Assembly (NCBI GenBank): GCA_051362555.1 | Contig: CM120644.1 | Span: 1,868,954 to 1,932,953 of the forward strand | From: Lingula anatina | Lineage: Eukaryota > Animalia > Brachiopoda | Direction: 5' to 3' | Length of the DNA: 64,000 nucleotides | Shown here: piece by piece, positions 35,476-48,631 of the stretch | Layout: each line of letters opens with the position of its first letter | Position numbering within the stretch: position 1 is the first letter of the stretch | The notes under the pieces: generated by a model | What the model was told of the DNA's origin: nothing | Databases searched by the model: none | Seen by the model: only the letters and a program-made list of their open reading frames with translations | Position numbers and translations under genes: made by a program

Positions 35476-36344
35476 TTTATCGGGATAATGTTGATGTAAT
35501 TGACGTTTCTGAAGTACAAATAACAGTTTTATATGGCGAAAGGCCTCGATGAATTTGCATAAAGGGGTAAAAATTCTTGATACATTGTGTTTGCTTTAAT
35601 TGATTAAAATGTCCAATGACATGACATCTTTCACCTTTTTCAAAATGAATTTTATAAGAATGGCAGGATCTTAAGAAAGAACTATCAGAACATGTGGCAC
35701 TTATTGTGTTTAATGAACCAAAATGTGTACGTAAAAAAACGTAAATGAAATTCTTGCTGTGATTGTAAAGGTTTTAAATGGTCTTTAGGTTTCTGTGTTG
35801 CTGCCTTTAACGGGTTCATTATTGTGAAAGAAAATAATGTTTCAATTTCATTTTGTTGAATATTTTTTTACTCGGGTATACCGTAATCACATATTGTTAT
35901 GTGTCATGGCTGCCGGGCTGTTGTCCACTCGACACAATTTATACACTGTCGCCATCTACTGTAATACTATTATACAGCATGTACTTATATACGCGTGATA
36001 ATCTTCAAATCAACAGGCGGACTAACTCTGACCCCTTTGCCACCCCAACAGTTGGAGAAAAAACAAACCTAAACAAACGGAACAATATTTTCTACACTAA
36101 GTCTACCATTTGCGAAACAATTAATACATGATATTATTGGAATTATTAACCAAAACCTTTCTGTAGGCCCTGTGTTATTTACAAAGTTGAAAATAAGGGT
36201 GCATATAAATAAGTCTGTTTTGTTGCATCACTGTACACTGTACACTTGATAAAGCATCTCAAACGAGATAGGACGAGCTTCTTGGGCCCAATTACCATAG
36301 AATAGGGGACTAACTTGTCAAAGGGTCAAATATGGCGACCCACT

Positions 36345-36348
<4 letters not shown>

Positions 36349-36424
<76 letters not shown>
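36349..36424. repeat. (TA)n microsatellite (paralogous tract at about 59798-59867)
   Basis: Directly visible. Confidence 0.95.
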
Positions 36425-36430
<6 letters not shown>

Positions 36431-37987
36431 AACCACAGTTGGAGACATTTTTATCGCTTTGAAATTATAAGGTTAGAGAAACAAATGGAACAAAAATGCC
36501 GTCCAAAATAAGGTCAAAGACAAGGCAGTGACAGGCAGCCTAAGTGGGACGTAATGACAGAGATAAGATCGGTTGGGTGTATGTTTATCTTTGTAACCCA
36601 CATGTACAAAAATATCCTCCCAACTCACATGACACAGTCTCTCAGGGCTTGTGCGTAAAACAGACATTTTCCAAGACCTGGGGCTATCTGGCTTTCTAAA
36701 ATCCAGTCATCTTAGGCTAAGGCCCACCAAACAAGTGAAAATATATATTATTAGGTGATCATGAAAGGTGCACTCCATGGGTTTGAAAATCTCGCAAGTG
36801 TCTATTTTTGCCTTCCACGGTTTTTCGTAAAAACCTTACATAAACCTTAAAATCGATTAAACCCCTTAAACAGTTTTTCTGGAGCGTACCTGATGTTGAT
36901 ACTTCTGTGGGAGCTTAAGAAGATGTTCGCTGGTTATAATGACTGGTCAGAAATTCTAAATTAAATCAACCTGTATAATATTTTAAAATTAAAATTAAAA
37001 TTTAAGATCGAATTCAAGTGCAGAGAGGGGTTGATATAAGATCCGTGAGTAAGAGAAAATTGGTTATTTTCCCGGCAAAATCCATTTGTAGGGAAGATCT
37101 CAAGGAGTTGCCCTTAAATAAAGGAATTTGTTTCACTTTGTCAGCCTACTAGCATCCTTATCCCAATTTCGACAAGATATTTATTTAGGCTCATGTTGTT
37201 ATTATATATTTGGTTTACATTCAACTATCTTTCGACTTCTTTTCGGCTGTATAATTTTGGCACATAACTCATTTGGCTTTTGTTTGTATATATATACATG
37301 CACAATAACATGAATATATTTTGGCTTGCAGTATTTCGGCTTATGCTATTTTGGTTTTTATTTTCCATTATTTTTTCTGGTTGCAATTGTTGGCCTCTTT
37401 GCAACCCCACAAATGAAAATATTTGCACTATTTGTTTTGATATTTATTTTTAAGACATAACATTACGTTATTTTAACTAATTAACATTATTTAGTGCTAT
37501 ATAATATCTAACACCATCCTTTAATAGAGGGACCTTTCAATAAAAGCGGCCGCTACCGGCCAAATTTCGTACACTATACATGTATATCTGTGTTTGTCAT
37601 TTACTTATCCTTTGGCTTGGGTTAATGTTTAGTTTAGTTTAAATTATTTCACTGTAACATATGCTTCCACTTGTGTGGATGAAAATGACAATATGAATAC
37701 AAATTTTGTGAATATGCTATTAATGAGGAGACATAAATACTGTTTGCATTAAAATTTATGTGACATTACGGATGTGGTTTAAAAAAATCGACCAATAACA
37801 AGGGCTGCGGATTAGTATAAACCAGCGACTGTCAGGTCATTCTGGATAAAGACAAGAATCCACCAATCAGGAGTGAGAGATCATAGATAACTTTTATTTA
37901 TAAACTATATTTATTATATCGGTGTGTATAGAGTGTATTTGTGTCAGTGTCTATTCAGTACGTCTGTCTGGCATAGCGAGAGGAAGG

Positions 37988-38031
37988 ATGTGGAAGTCAA
38001 TCGTTGAAAACCCAGGGTATAGTATTTGTCC

Positions 38032-38069
<38 letters not shown>

Positions 38070-41000
38070 TGGTCTGTCTGTCGGTTGGTTCAATTGTTTA
38101 TTTACTTAAGAATCGGTGTTTGCAGTATACTTCATATTATTCTTTTTCACCTCTGTATCCAGCGATGCCTCGCCTCCAAACGAACCGTTAAAGAACAGTT
38201 ACATCCACGGGGCCAGCAGCGAGCCTCTAGTGGGACGCACGGTGTGGGAATGCCTGCAGGAAGCGGCCAGGGAAAAGCCGGACAGGGTAGCCATCAGGTT
38301 GCCGCAGTTTGGCCAAGATCTCACCTATAAAATGATATGTGACAAGGTATGTTCGTGCATAGTGAAAAGACTGCTCCAGAACCGAGTTAGGTGGAAGGGG
38401 GATGTTAGCGATCTAAGAGTTAATTCATTTTTTTAAATTACCACCCTGGGTCAAGTTTGTGCACCCCGAGGGGGAAGTTGACACACATACTAAAATCCAA
38501 AAGAAGTATATATTTTTCTTTTTTTGTGCATTTTACTCGATAAACTGAGTAACAGAAACAACTGAAAACTTGCGTCGTCCCTGCGGGGGTACAGTCATTA
38601 AATTTCTGCTCCATTGGGACGACACATGGGGAGGCGTGTGAGAGGCGGAGAAGCTATTAAAAGATTAGGCGGTTTTTCTTTCATGTACGTCCACCATATT
38701 TAGTACCTAGGATTTGTAAAGCCTAGCTCAACTCGTTGTGAATGCGATCTTACACGATTAGTAAAAAAAATCTATCTCATCTACCTTTGGTTATTTTGAC
38801 AGAGGTTTAGTAATTACATTAGAATGAAAGTGTTGATTTCTCCATCAGAGTCACCGTTGTTACACACACACACACACACGCACACACGCGCACGCACATT
38901 CACACACTCACAAACACACACACACACACAAACGCACACAAACGCACACACACGCACACACACATACACACTCTCACAAACACACACAGGCGCACACACA
39001 TACACACACTCACAAGCACACACATACTCACAAACACAAACACACACGCACACACACATACATACATACATTCATACAAGCATACATATAAAAATATATA
39101 TGTCTAAAGGTGGAACGGGGGACCACGAAAAGGGGCGGACTAGCCCATAACGTGACTTCTCCAATTGACAGAGGGAGGGTCAGATACGTGTCACGTTAGA
39201 GATAAGAGTGGAGTGCAGGTTTGCCCCGGGGAAGGACAAGCAGTGCACATGCACTGTTTATATATATTGTAGATTAAGTGTTGATCTTTTTGTAAAAAAA
39301 TGTTTATATATTTAAATGTCTAACGAGCATTATATGCAATGAAAAGGTTGTTTCACTGATTATCTTTTCAAAGAAGCATGCAAACTTTGCACAAGGGCGA
39401 TTATTGTTTTGGCAATATGACTTTGCGAAAAAGTTGGGGTTGAAGCCCATGTGTGCACCATCAGCAACACCTAGAATATAAATGAATATATACATGAAAC
39501 AAAACCGCCAGTGAACCTGATAAGATAGTATCGTACATGTATTATTTGTCGTACATGTATGTCCATCTATGTATGGCAGACGTTGTTTCTGAAGATGCGT
39601 TTTCAAGGAATACCAAGGCATGTAGTTGCATGTCTAAGATCAGTTGTTATAAGAAATGCTACACAGAAAACTACACGGACAACGTATTCCAAGGATTAGG
39701 GCTCACCCCCCATGAAACAATCGTTCTCCGTAGAGCAAACCAACTCTGCGGGAACTCTCGTTAAATGCAACAGATAAGCAAGGATCCTCGAGATTCTGGC
39801 GCTGAGTATATGAAACAGAAAAGCTGGTGAAATAATCTGTATTTAATTAGCGTAATTATCATCATTATTATATGCATTTAATTTTTGATTATTTGTTTAA
39901 ATATTTCATTTATGTAGATTTTCTTTTTTCGCTGAGTGAATAAAGTTAAATTGAAAAAAGAAACAGAAAACCAGGTGATTATACGTCTTACGTTGGAAAC
40001 GAGAGGACGTTAGCTAATCTGAACACCTGATTGAATTCAGCGAGAGTTAGGTCCTTCTACGTAGAACGATAGTGTCAGAGCCCTTAGAGTAACTGATGAA
40101 ATTATGTTCGTCCAAGGTTTTGAAAAAGAGTCGTTTTACGACCATGACAAGTATTACGGACGCTGCCTGGCAGGTCTGTGAGTTGTTAATACACAGTAGG
40201 TACTGACAGGTACTGAAATCAAAATCAGAATAACTGATACATGAATACCTATTGTAGACGACGCGTGTCACACAGTTGCCATTATGGAATAGTCAGAGCT
40301 TAATCACTGTGTTTACCCGGCAAGAATAAAGCTAACCTGAACTGATTGGTTTTCAGAGCACAGAACTCGCCAAAGGACTGCTGGCACTAGGGATGAAGAA
40401 GGGAGATTTTCTCACCATTACAAGTGTTCCGGACGCTTCATATGCATATATGGTATATGCTGCAGCACAAATTGGCGTTGTCTTTAACGCGGTAATTACG
40501 TTATATTCAAATTATATGCAATTTTAGCAGCAAAAACACAAAGCATAGAAAATTATATTGAAATGCATTTTCAAAGGAATTACAAAAATATGACAGTTGT
40601 TTCTGTTGTCATGTTAAAGCCCCTCTGGCGATCCATTGGTTTTCCATTGAAACAAAAAATAGGGAAACAGAGCAAACGAACAATATGTGGTGCCTCGATA
40701 TGAAACCAGACAACTTTTGTGTTTTTAATCTCCAAATATTAAAAAGATTAAATTAAGTTCATAAATAGGCTGGGAACAAGAACTTATTATATAGCATATT
40801 TTATATTAACTATTATTGAAGATCATAATAATAAACGAGTCGCATTTCAATGTACTCCATGCTATGGTCTTTACTTAAAAATAGCAAATTTTACGAGATT
40901 ACATATTGCATCGTATTGTTTGGTTCCATTGCCTCGCTTTCAAAAATTAGAACAGGCGCTCCAAACCGGGAGAAACCGGGAGAAAGTAAAAGAAATTATA

Positions 41001-44000
41001 TTGGCCAAGTTCGCCCTTGCACAAGAATGTCCTTGCAGCATTATCTGCAATTAAGCTTCCTACGATTTAGAATGTATTTTGCAATATCATTTTCAATCTG
41101 GCCCATGAAGAATTTTATTAATCAAGAGTGGGGGAGGGGTGAAAAATCCCAATTGGGGCCACATACATGTATAACACTATAAATACAATGGGAATCCCTT
41201 TAAAATGAAGGTAAAATAAATGTTATTCTAAGGAATTTCGACGGATTTACTTTTTACAAGATAAAATCACTCGAACATTTCTAATATAAATTTTCAAAAA
41301 GACACCAGAGAGCAAATGAAATTAAATCAACCAGACGGTAAACACCGGCAGGCTTTGTCAATTTCACCAACTTCTCAAACAGCGCACTTTTCGCGCATGC
41401 GTAGTTGTTTGAAGCCTGTGTTGGGAAACAGTAGAACCTTCAGGTCTTTAAAAAACAAATGAAATAGAACACGTGTGTCATACATTCATCTTATCATGTA
41501 AGATCTGCCGATGTGACCTTATGTTCCAAAATAATACACCGACGTTATACATCGATGAAACTTCATGTCTTTTCATTTTAGCCGCCGTATGCGTACCGAC
41601 CACGTTCAAAATTGCTAGACATAGCTCTCAATCAAGTATGTATTGCGACAAAATTTGTTAAAACGTAAATTCCAATGAAAAGGTGTGTTATTTCAAAGCA
41701 ATCAACATTTTTAAGGTTTTGAATATGTTCACAAAAACTGACAATTTTGCATTGACATGAAAGATTCTGACACTATCGACTGACACAGTCAAACTTGTAT
41801 TTTTTTGAGTAATGTATAAAATTCGAAAAAAAAAATCGTTTGTCATAGAACCCATGGCATCGATTCCTTATTTCAGTTAAAGTCAAAAACACTGGTGATA
41901 ATAGAAAATGAGGCCGGAACAAATGTCGCTGCTTTGAAGGAACTTATTCCAGACTTGGAGACATTTGGTGGAAGAAACATACAGTCTGAAAGGTAGGTAT
42001 ATCTGTTGGCAGACCCCCGCCCGCCCCCCCCCCCCCCCCCCCAGCAAACACGTCACATTCGGATCACGTGGATAGCACGTTGCTACCACATTATAACGTC
42101 ATAGCCACGGATTAACCACGTGTTTCCCACGTTACGTGTTTGCTGGGCCCCTCCCTCCTACAGCATCAATAAAGAATGGATACCATCCGAGATAGTATAA
42201 AACGAGGCTTAATTTTAGACAATATGTGTCGTCCTGGAAAACCAGAAATGTGTATGGATTTACAAATGGTAGGGCTAACTTGTCAGCTACTTCTCTCGCG
42301 GCACTAAACTTCTGATGACTATAATATTGTCTGATGACAATATATTATCACATTTATTTCAGGGTACCCCACCTGAAGACTGTTGTAATTCCAAACCTGT
42401 CCAGTGCAGCACACGGGTGAGTGTTGTTGTCGTGTTGTTCTGGATTGTTTTCAGTTTAGATAACGGCACTGGTAGACTGAGGAACGGGATGTGTGTGGGT
42501 GTGGGTGTGGGTGTTGGAAAAGGGACCTTACCTATATATTAACCTCTAATATCAGTCGCTCTTAAAATATAGTACGTATGTGTAATTAATCGGGTTACTG
42601 GCTGTTTAACTTCCGTCCTATTTCAGCACATATTGCGACAACTAATTTCTAACCACAAAGAATCAATCTAATCTCTGCTGACTCCCACACCCACTTTTAT
42701 GGAGTGAGACCGTCTCAGACGGGAAGAAATATATTCACCACAGACCTCCGCCAAGGGAAACAAGGGCAATTACTGACAGGAAGAACAGAAACAAAAATCC
42801 CTTTAGAATATTAGAAGACCCGCCTTGAGCTTCATAGATAACTTAGAACAAACCTCTAACGTTTCCGTAACTTGAAATTGCAAGGGGTTTCTCTATTGTA
42901 AAGGTGTGCTTTAAGCTCAGGGTGTAGAAGATTCGGATTCAGTTGAAAACTTCACCACTTCTTTCCCTTCTGAATTACTGCCTGTACTATTGTACTTTAC
43001 ATCAATTTTTCCCAAAATTTGTGAGAAACATGTATTTTGTCCACTAAAAAACTGACAACGCCGTTGATAACATGCGGCAACCTCTTTGGCGAAAGTACAT
43101 GTACAAATGACGCGAAACCATCATTACATCCCCTATTGAGCTATTATGGTACTAAGCGTGACATTTCCAGGTTGTCTCTTGAAGACGTCACCAAACTTGG
43201 AGAAGTGGTATCAGAAGAGGAAATACAAGCAGCACGAGACGCTTTCGGCGGGGATGATCCAATTAACACGGGTCTTTCCTCAGTGAGTATATTGCCAACC
43301 TTTAACTTTTCTTTATCTGAAGGCACGTTTTTAGATAACAGTATTCCATCTTTTTTGGTCGTTCGATTAAGTTTGTTTAAAGACGCCATTAATCCCTGAA
43401 GTGTTTGTTGGCAATACAATATCTTATCGACAATTATCACTGAAAAGTTAGTGATACCTTAGATTTCACACTTACACCAGTTATGTAAAATGGGCAAATT
43501 GTTAGCTGTTAAATTTACATTTGGCTTACGTACTTGGTTTTTAAAAAATGAATACGACGCCTTGATATTCATTGAGCATGTGACCGTAACACTGATGATT
43601 GTGACGGACATTCATAGCATCAAAAGGTATAACAACGGGTATTTATTATATCAGAGAATACTGCTAGGACTGTAAATAAAATCAAAGACTAAATTATTAC
43701 CTTTAACTTTTTGTTGGTATAACAGGGTAGTACTGGTGTACCAAAATGTTCCATCAACAGTCAGTTTAAGGCCGTGAATACTACCAAGTTTACCATGCTG
43801 CGAAGTGGGAATTTTAACGAGGTAAATCTTATTATTGTTATTTATTTGTTTTTTTTTCAAATAAGAATAATTTCATCTTCATTGTCTGAGATTAGTAAGT
43901 GTTCTGGGTGGTTTAGAGATTTTGCCCCCCTAAAAAAGAATTTTCCTGGGACAAAGGGTGATTTTCCCATTCTAACCAATGATTAATGAAATCATCCCGA

Positions 44001-47000
44001 CATTGAAAGCTAGACCATGTTTTTTTAAGTTTACTTTTTGAAATAATTTCTTAAGAGATTATTACCGAGATAGCGCCATCTATGAAGGTCCACGTGGCCA
44101 GATTCCAGAATAATTGCGATAACCACTTTTTTAAGTGATTAAATGATATTTAGTATATTTCTGTGAGTTGTTTACCATGTATTTATTGTGAAATGTGAAT
44201 CTCATACGAGCAGTTATTATCCCTTAAAATACTCGTGTCGTGTTTCTCCAGCCGGTGGTATTGGGCGTGGTCAATCCAGTCCACGATGAGTTGACGGTGG
44301 ACTACGTTTACTGGGTCAGTGTGGAGTATGAGAAAGACATCCAGCTGGTCATATTACCGTCCACACTGTGGGACGCAGAATTCCAGGGGGAAAACGAAGA
44401 TGAGGGCTACCATTCGGAGGATTTGTTCAAGAGCATTCATGAGTGCAAGTAGGTTTGATAGTGCAAGGTGTTACGTTATCAGTATTTTTCTTTCATCTAT
44501 TTATTTTCACATATTTGCATTTATTTACTCTGTGAAGATTAAAGCGTTATTTTCATTAAGTTAGGTAATGATTACCATTACACTTGAACCTTATTGGAGG
44601 CGCCATTATAGAATATCATCTGTCACAAGACAATTCACCTGTACGCTGTTGTTAAAGGATCACCAACCTCGAGGTCTATCCGACATTCATACTCAGGGCG
44701 TTGGAGCTTGACGCTGGCATCGTGCAGAAATATGACATATCGTCTGCGAAACGAGGTGCGTTTGTCTGAAATTAAATCACCAAACGAGCATTTTTTCTTG
44801 GTGTTAAATCAAAGTGTATGAATGGTATGGAATATACAAAAAACACGAACAGACGTTTGCAACGGTATAGAAAATAATGTTTGTACCTGGTAAATTCTGG
44901 TCCTGTTATAGGGTTTTGGGCGAGATATTGTAAATTGTGAATCCTTGAATACAATAGTCCAGAACAAACATCCAAATGTATGTGTATGTTATATGTTTTG
45001 CGCTTTCAGTTAACCTCACATCCACTCTCATAACGAGGAAAATGCGGGAGGATTGTTCGAAACTATTTCCAGAAGTTGGGGTAAGTGTATCTCCTACTCG
45101 GTATTGCACTTGAAGGACACTGGCCAGTTTCCCAAAACTATAGAATGACGAAACAGGCATTTAGATGGGACCGGGCACTATGGGATACTGGTTCACTTGT
45201 TTAACCTATCCGTTTTCAGGTAGGGCAGGGCACTATAGAATACTGGTACACTTCTTTAACCTATCCGTTTTCAGGTAGGGCAGGTCACTATAGAATACTG
45301 GTACACTTCTTTAACCTATCCGTTTTCAGGTAGGGCAGGGCACTATAGAATACTGGTACACTTCTTTAACTTATCCGTTTTCAGGTGGGACTGGGCAGTA
45401 CAGAATCCTGGTACAATATTTTAACGTACCCAAGGGATGACAATGACGACCACAGATACCGTAGCGTAGGATTTCCAATGGCTCATACTGAGGTAAATAT
45501 ACAGTTCGCTCATATCTATGGAGCAGACATCTTGTACAGTAAAATTCACTCGGAATCATTTTTTCACATTAATCATACACTAAATAATTTATATTCTCTT
45601 GTGTTACGTTATTCTACTTCTGTTAATATTCTATTATTTTTTTTAGGTGAAAATTGTTGATAAAAACAACAAGATCGTGCCAATTGGCATTGAAGGGGAA
45701 ATATGCGTAAGGGGATTTTCGATGTTCAGTACATATTACGGTTGTGAAGACTTATACAGGAAAGTGATGTCCCCGTCTGGCTGGTACTACACAGGGTATG
45801 TTAAATTTGACCGCATGGAAGGAGAATGTGATAGTTGTGACAACACATTGGATGATTGTGATAGTTGTGACAACACACTGGATGATTGTGATAGTTGTGA
45901 CAACACACTGGGTGAAGGTGATAGTTGTGACAAAACACTGGATAATTGTGACAGTTGGGACAGCACACTGGATGATTGTGACAGTTGTGACAACACACTG
46001 GATGATTGTGACAGTTGTGACAACACACTGGATAATTGTGACAGTTGGGCAACACACTGGATAATTGTGACAGTTGTGACAACACACTGGATGATTGTGA
46101 CAGTTGGGACAACACACTGGATGATTGTGACAGTTGGGACAACACACTGGATGATTGTGATAGAACACACTGGATGATTCTGACAGTTGGGACAACACAC
46201 TGGATGGTTATGATAGTTGTGGCTGTGAATTAGAAGAAGTGTAACTTTTGAAAATCTTGAATGACTTTTTCATCCTTTTCATTCGCGACACGTAAAATAA
46301 CAAGTTGAACGCCTTAGGAAAACATTAGGTTTATACCGCGATGTAATAATATTGTACCTCACATTATCTGAAGTGTAAAAATGAACTACATTTTAGGGAC
46401 ATTGGGTCTATGGACGAGTACGGGTTTACATACTACGCTGGCAGAAAAGCCAATGTACTTCATTTTAACCGCTGGGGTGACAAGGTTTATCCTGCTGCTA
46501 TAGAAGCTGCGGCAGAGAAACATCCCAAGGTTAGCCAGACACAGGTGAGAGAGAGAGAGAGAGAGAGTGAGAGAGAGAGAGAGAGAGATAGATGATACAT
46601 TTTAACAGAAACCCACTTCATATTTCGTATTGCAGGCTGTCGGTTTTAAGGAGCCAGGGGTGGTGGACTTAGATACAATCATCTTGTGTGTCATGTGAGT
46701 GGCCTTTATGTAATTTATATAATACTAAAGTACTGCTTTTTCGGTAGTACTATTAATGTAGAACATACATCTTTTTGGGAGCCTAAAAAAATTATTCGTA
46801 TATTCTTATTTTCCAGTAATACAATGTATTCTCTTTTATCCTATAGAGCGTCATTCCAATGTCATGATGTATCACAAAGTCTTTCTCCTACATTACCTTA
46901 TTTGGTAATGTAATAATTCCTCAGCTCTTACACAATGTCTATGATTATCCCTTTTTCCATAACTTTCCATCATTACGTCAGTACCAAAATGTAATCATTC

Positions 47001-47805
47001 TCTTCTTAGGCAATGGTATGTTACTTGACCTTAGGTCGCAATTTCTATTAATACAGATTTTTCATTGTATCATCCTGAAGGAATGATAACTATACTCCCT
47101 TTTTCTTTTGTTATTATTGAACAACACATGTACTCTTTAACTCTCTTACTTACACTGTTTAACCTCTTAACAAATTCATATTGTATCAGTAATGAAATGT
47201 ATAATGTATTCATTACGATCACAACTTTTTATCTGTACTTTTTAATCATTTTTATTTCGATAATACTAATGGGATCTATGTACAGTGTACGACTGTACGC
47301 TGACGTGTATGTATGGTAGTGTTCGTGTGTATGTAGGAAATTAACTGTGTTGCTCTGTTTTTTCCCAGACCCGCCAAAAACCAAGATATCACAGAGGACG
47401 AACTACGAGCTCACTGTGAGAGGGAGGTAGGTGAATGTCCATCGTGTTAGGTACACTTACAGTATGCAGTGCACTGTTTTCTGTTACTAGAACATTGTAA
47501 GGCAGAGAGCAGTGCTGAGATTAAGTAGTGGCGGGGTTTTACGAAAGATGTCAATTTACCTATTAAAAAATCAAAGAATAGGGCCCAGTGAGAGGAAACG
47601 GTCGCCATATGACGTCATTTAGTCTACATGTATATATGGTTTGTGTTCGGGCTTTCTGCTTACTGTACTATGGATATTAAAACAGCCCGCCAATTCCTCA
47701 TTTCAGCTGTTGGATCACATGTGGCCGGACCACTATGTCGTCATGGAGACGTTCCCCAGGGTGGGGATCAGGCAAAAGGTGACTATCTTCACTGTTTTGA
47801 CTTAT

Positions 47806-47850
<45 letters not shown>

Positions 47851-48018
47851 CGTTATGGAGACGTTCCCCAGGGTGGGGATCAGGCAGAAGGTGACTATAT
47901 TCACTGTTTCGACCTATTCTGTGTGTGTGTGTGTGTATGTGTGTGTCTATGTCGTCATGGAGACGTTCCCCAGGGTGGGGATCAGGCAGAAGGTGACTAT
48001 ATTCACTGTTTTGACTTA

Positions 48019-48057
<39 letters not shown>

Positions 48058-48123
48058 GTCATGGAGACGTTCCCCAGGATGGGGATCAGGCAGAAGGTGA
48101 CTATATTCACTGTTTTAACTTAT

Positions 48124-48159
<36 letters not shown>

Positions 48160-48392
48160 TATGTTGTCATGGAGACGTTCCCCAGGGTGGGGATCAGGCA
48201 GAAGGTGAGGCCGGAGAAAGTTGTTTAAAAGTGGCTGTGAGTTTTAATTATTTGAAATAGTGAGCGTGTTTGTGTGTGTCATCTCGCCTAGAGGTTTTTC
48301 ACACCTTAATGCATAAATAAAATATATGATTATTTACCCGTCATTTTTCTTGACTAACGCCCATTTGCCACCCACTTATTTTAACTGAAGAC

Positions 48393-48430
<38 letters not shown>

Positions 48431-48631
48431 GATAGCTTTTCTTAAAGAACAAAGGGGCATTGGATCTGTTTACGTAAACTGTTAAATATGTTTTTAAAGC
48501 TGCTTTATGTACTTCTTATCAGAGTATCAATAATTCTGTCATTTCAGGTGTCCAAAGAAGAACTCCTGAAAAATGCCAAGAAAATTCTCCTGGATTCCGG
48601 TAAATTGAAGTGGAGTGAGATGAACCAGTGA
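37988..48631 (+). CDS. Acyl-CoA synthetase (ACSF2-like) copy B, 18 exons
   Basis: Approximate exons 37988-38016, 38163-38346, 40357-40491, 41582-41635, 41877-41992, 42363-42416, 43172-43283, 43726-43821, 44252-44448, 44659-44756, 45010-45080, 45385-45492, 45647-45795, 46397-46544, 46636-46694, 47369-47426, 47707-47778, 48548-48631. Same exon structure and motifs as copy A. Confidence 0.85.
42040..42147. mobile_element. ~108-bp MITE with CCCAGCAAACACGT TIRs
   Basis: CCCAGCAAACACGT ... ACGTGTTTGCTGGG. Confidence 0.65.
45165..45384 (+). repeat. Four 55-bp tandem repeats derived from the exon-12 acceptor and exon start of copy B
   Basis: Units start at 45165, 45220, 45275 and 45330; each ends CCGTTTTCAG. 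Confidence 0.9.
45825..46220. repeat. 30-bp minisatellite in intron 13 of copy B
   Basis: GATGATTGTGACAGTTGTGACAACACACTG, about 13 copies. Confidence 0.9.
47738..48206 (+). repeat. Five tandem copies of the exon-17 3' half plus donor, separated by (GT)n spacers
   Basis: GTCATGGAGACGTTCCCCAGGGTGGGGATCAGGCAGAAGGTGA recurs five times here, twice in copy 0 (about 2500-2650) and once in copy A. Confidence 0.9.

Noticed and set aside
38814-39150. His/Thr- or Cys/Val-rich ORFs (also 63610-63959 and 31028-31281)
   Set aside because: These are translations of degenerate (CA)n microsatellites.
40670-41430. B-specific intronic insertion flanked by GGGAAACAG
   Set aside because: Probably a mobile element, but no convincing TIRs or coding signal were found to classify it.
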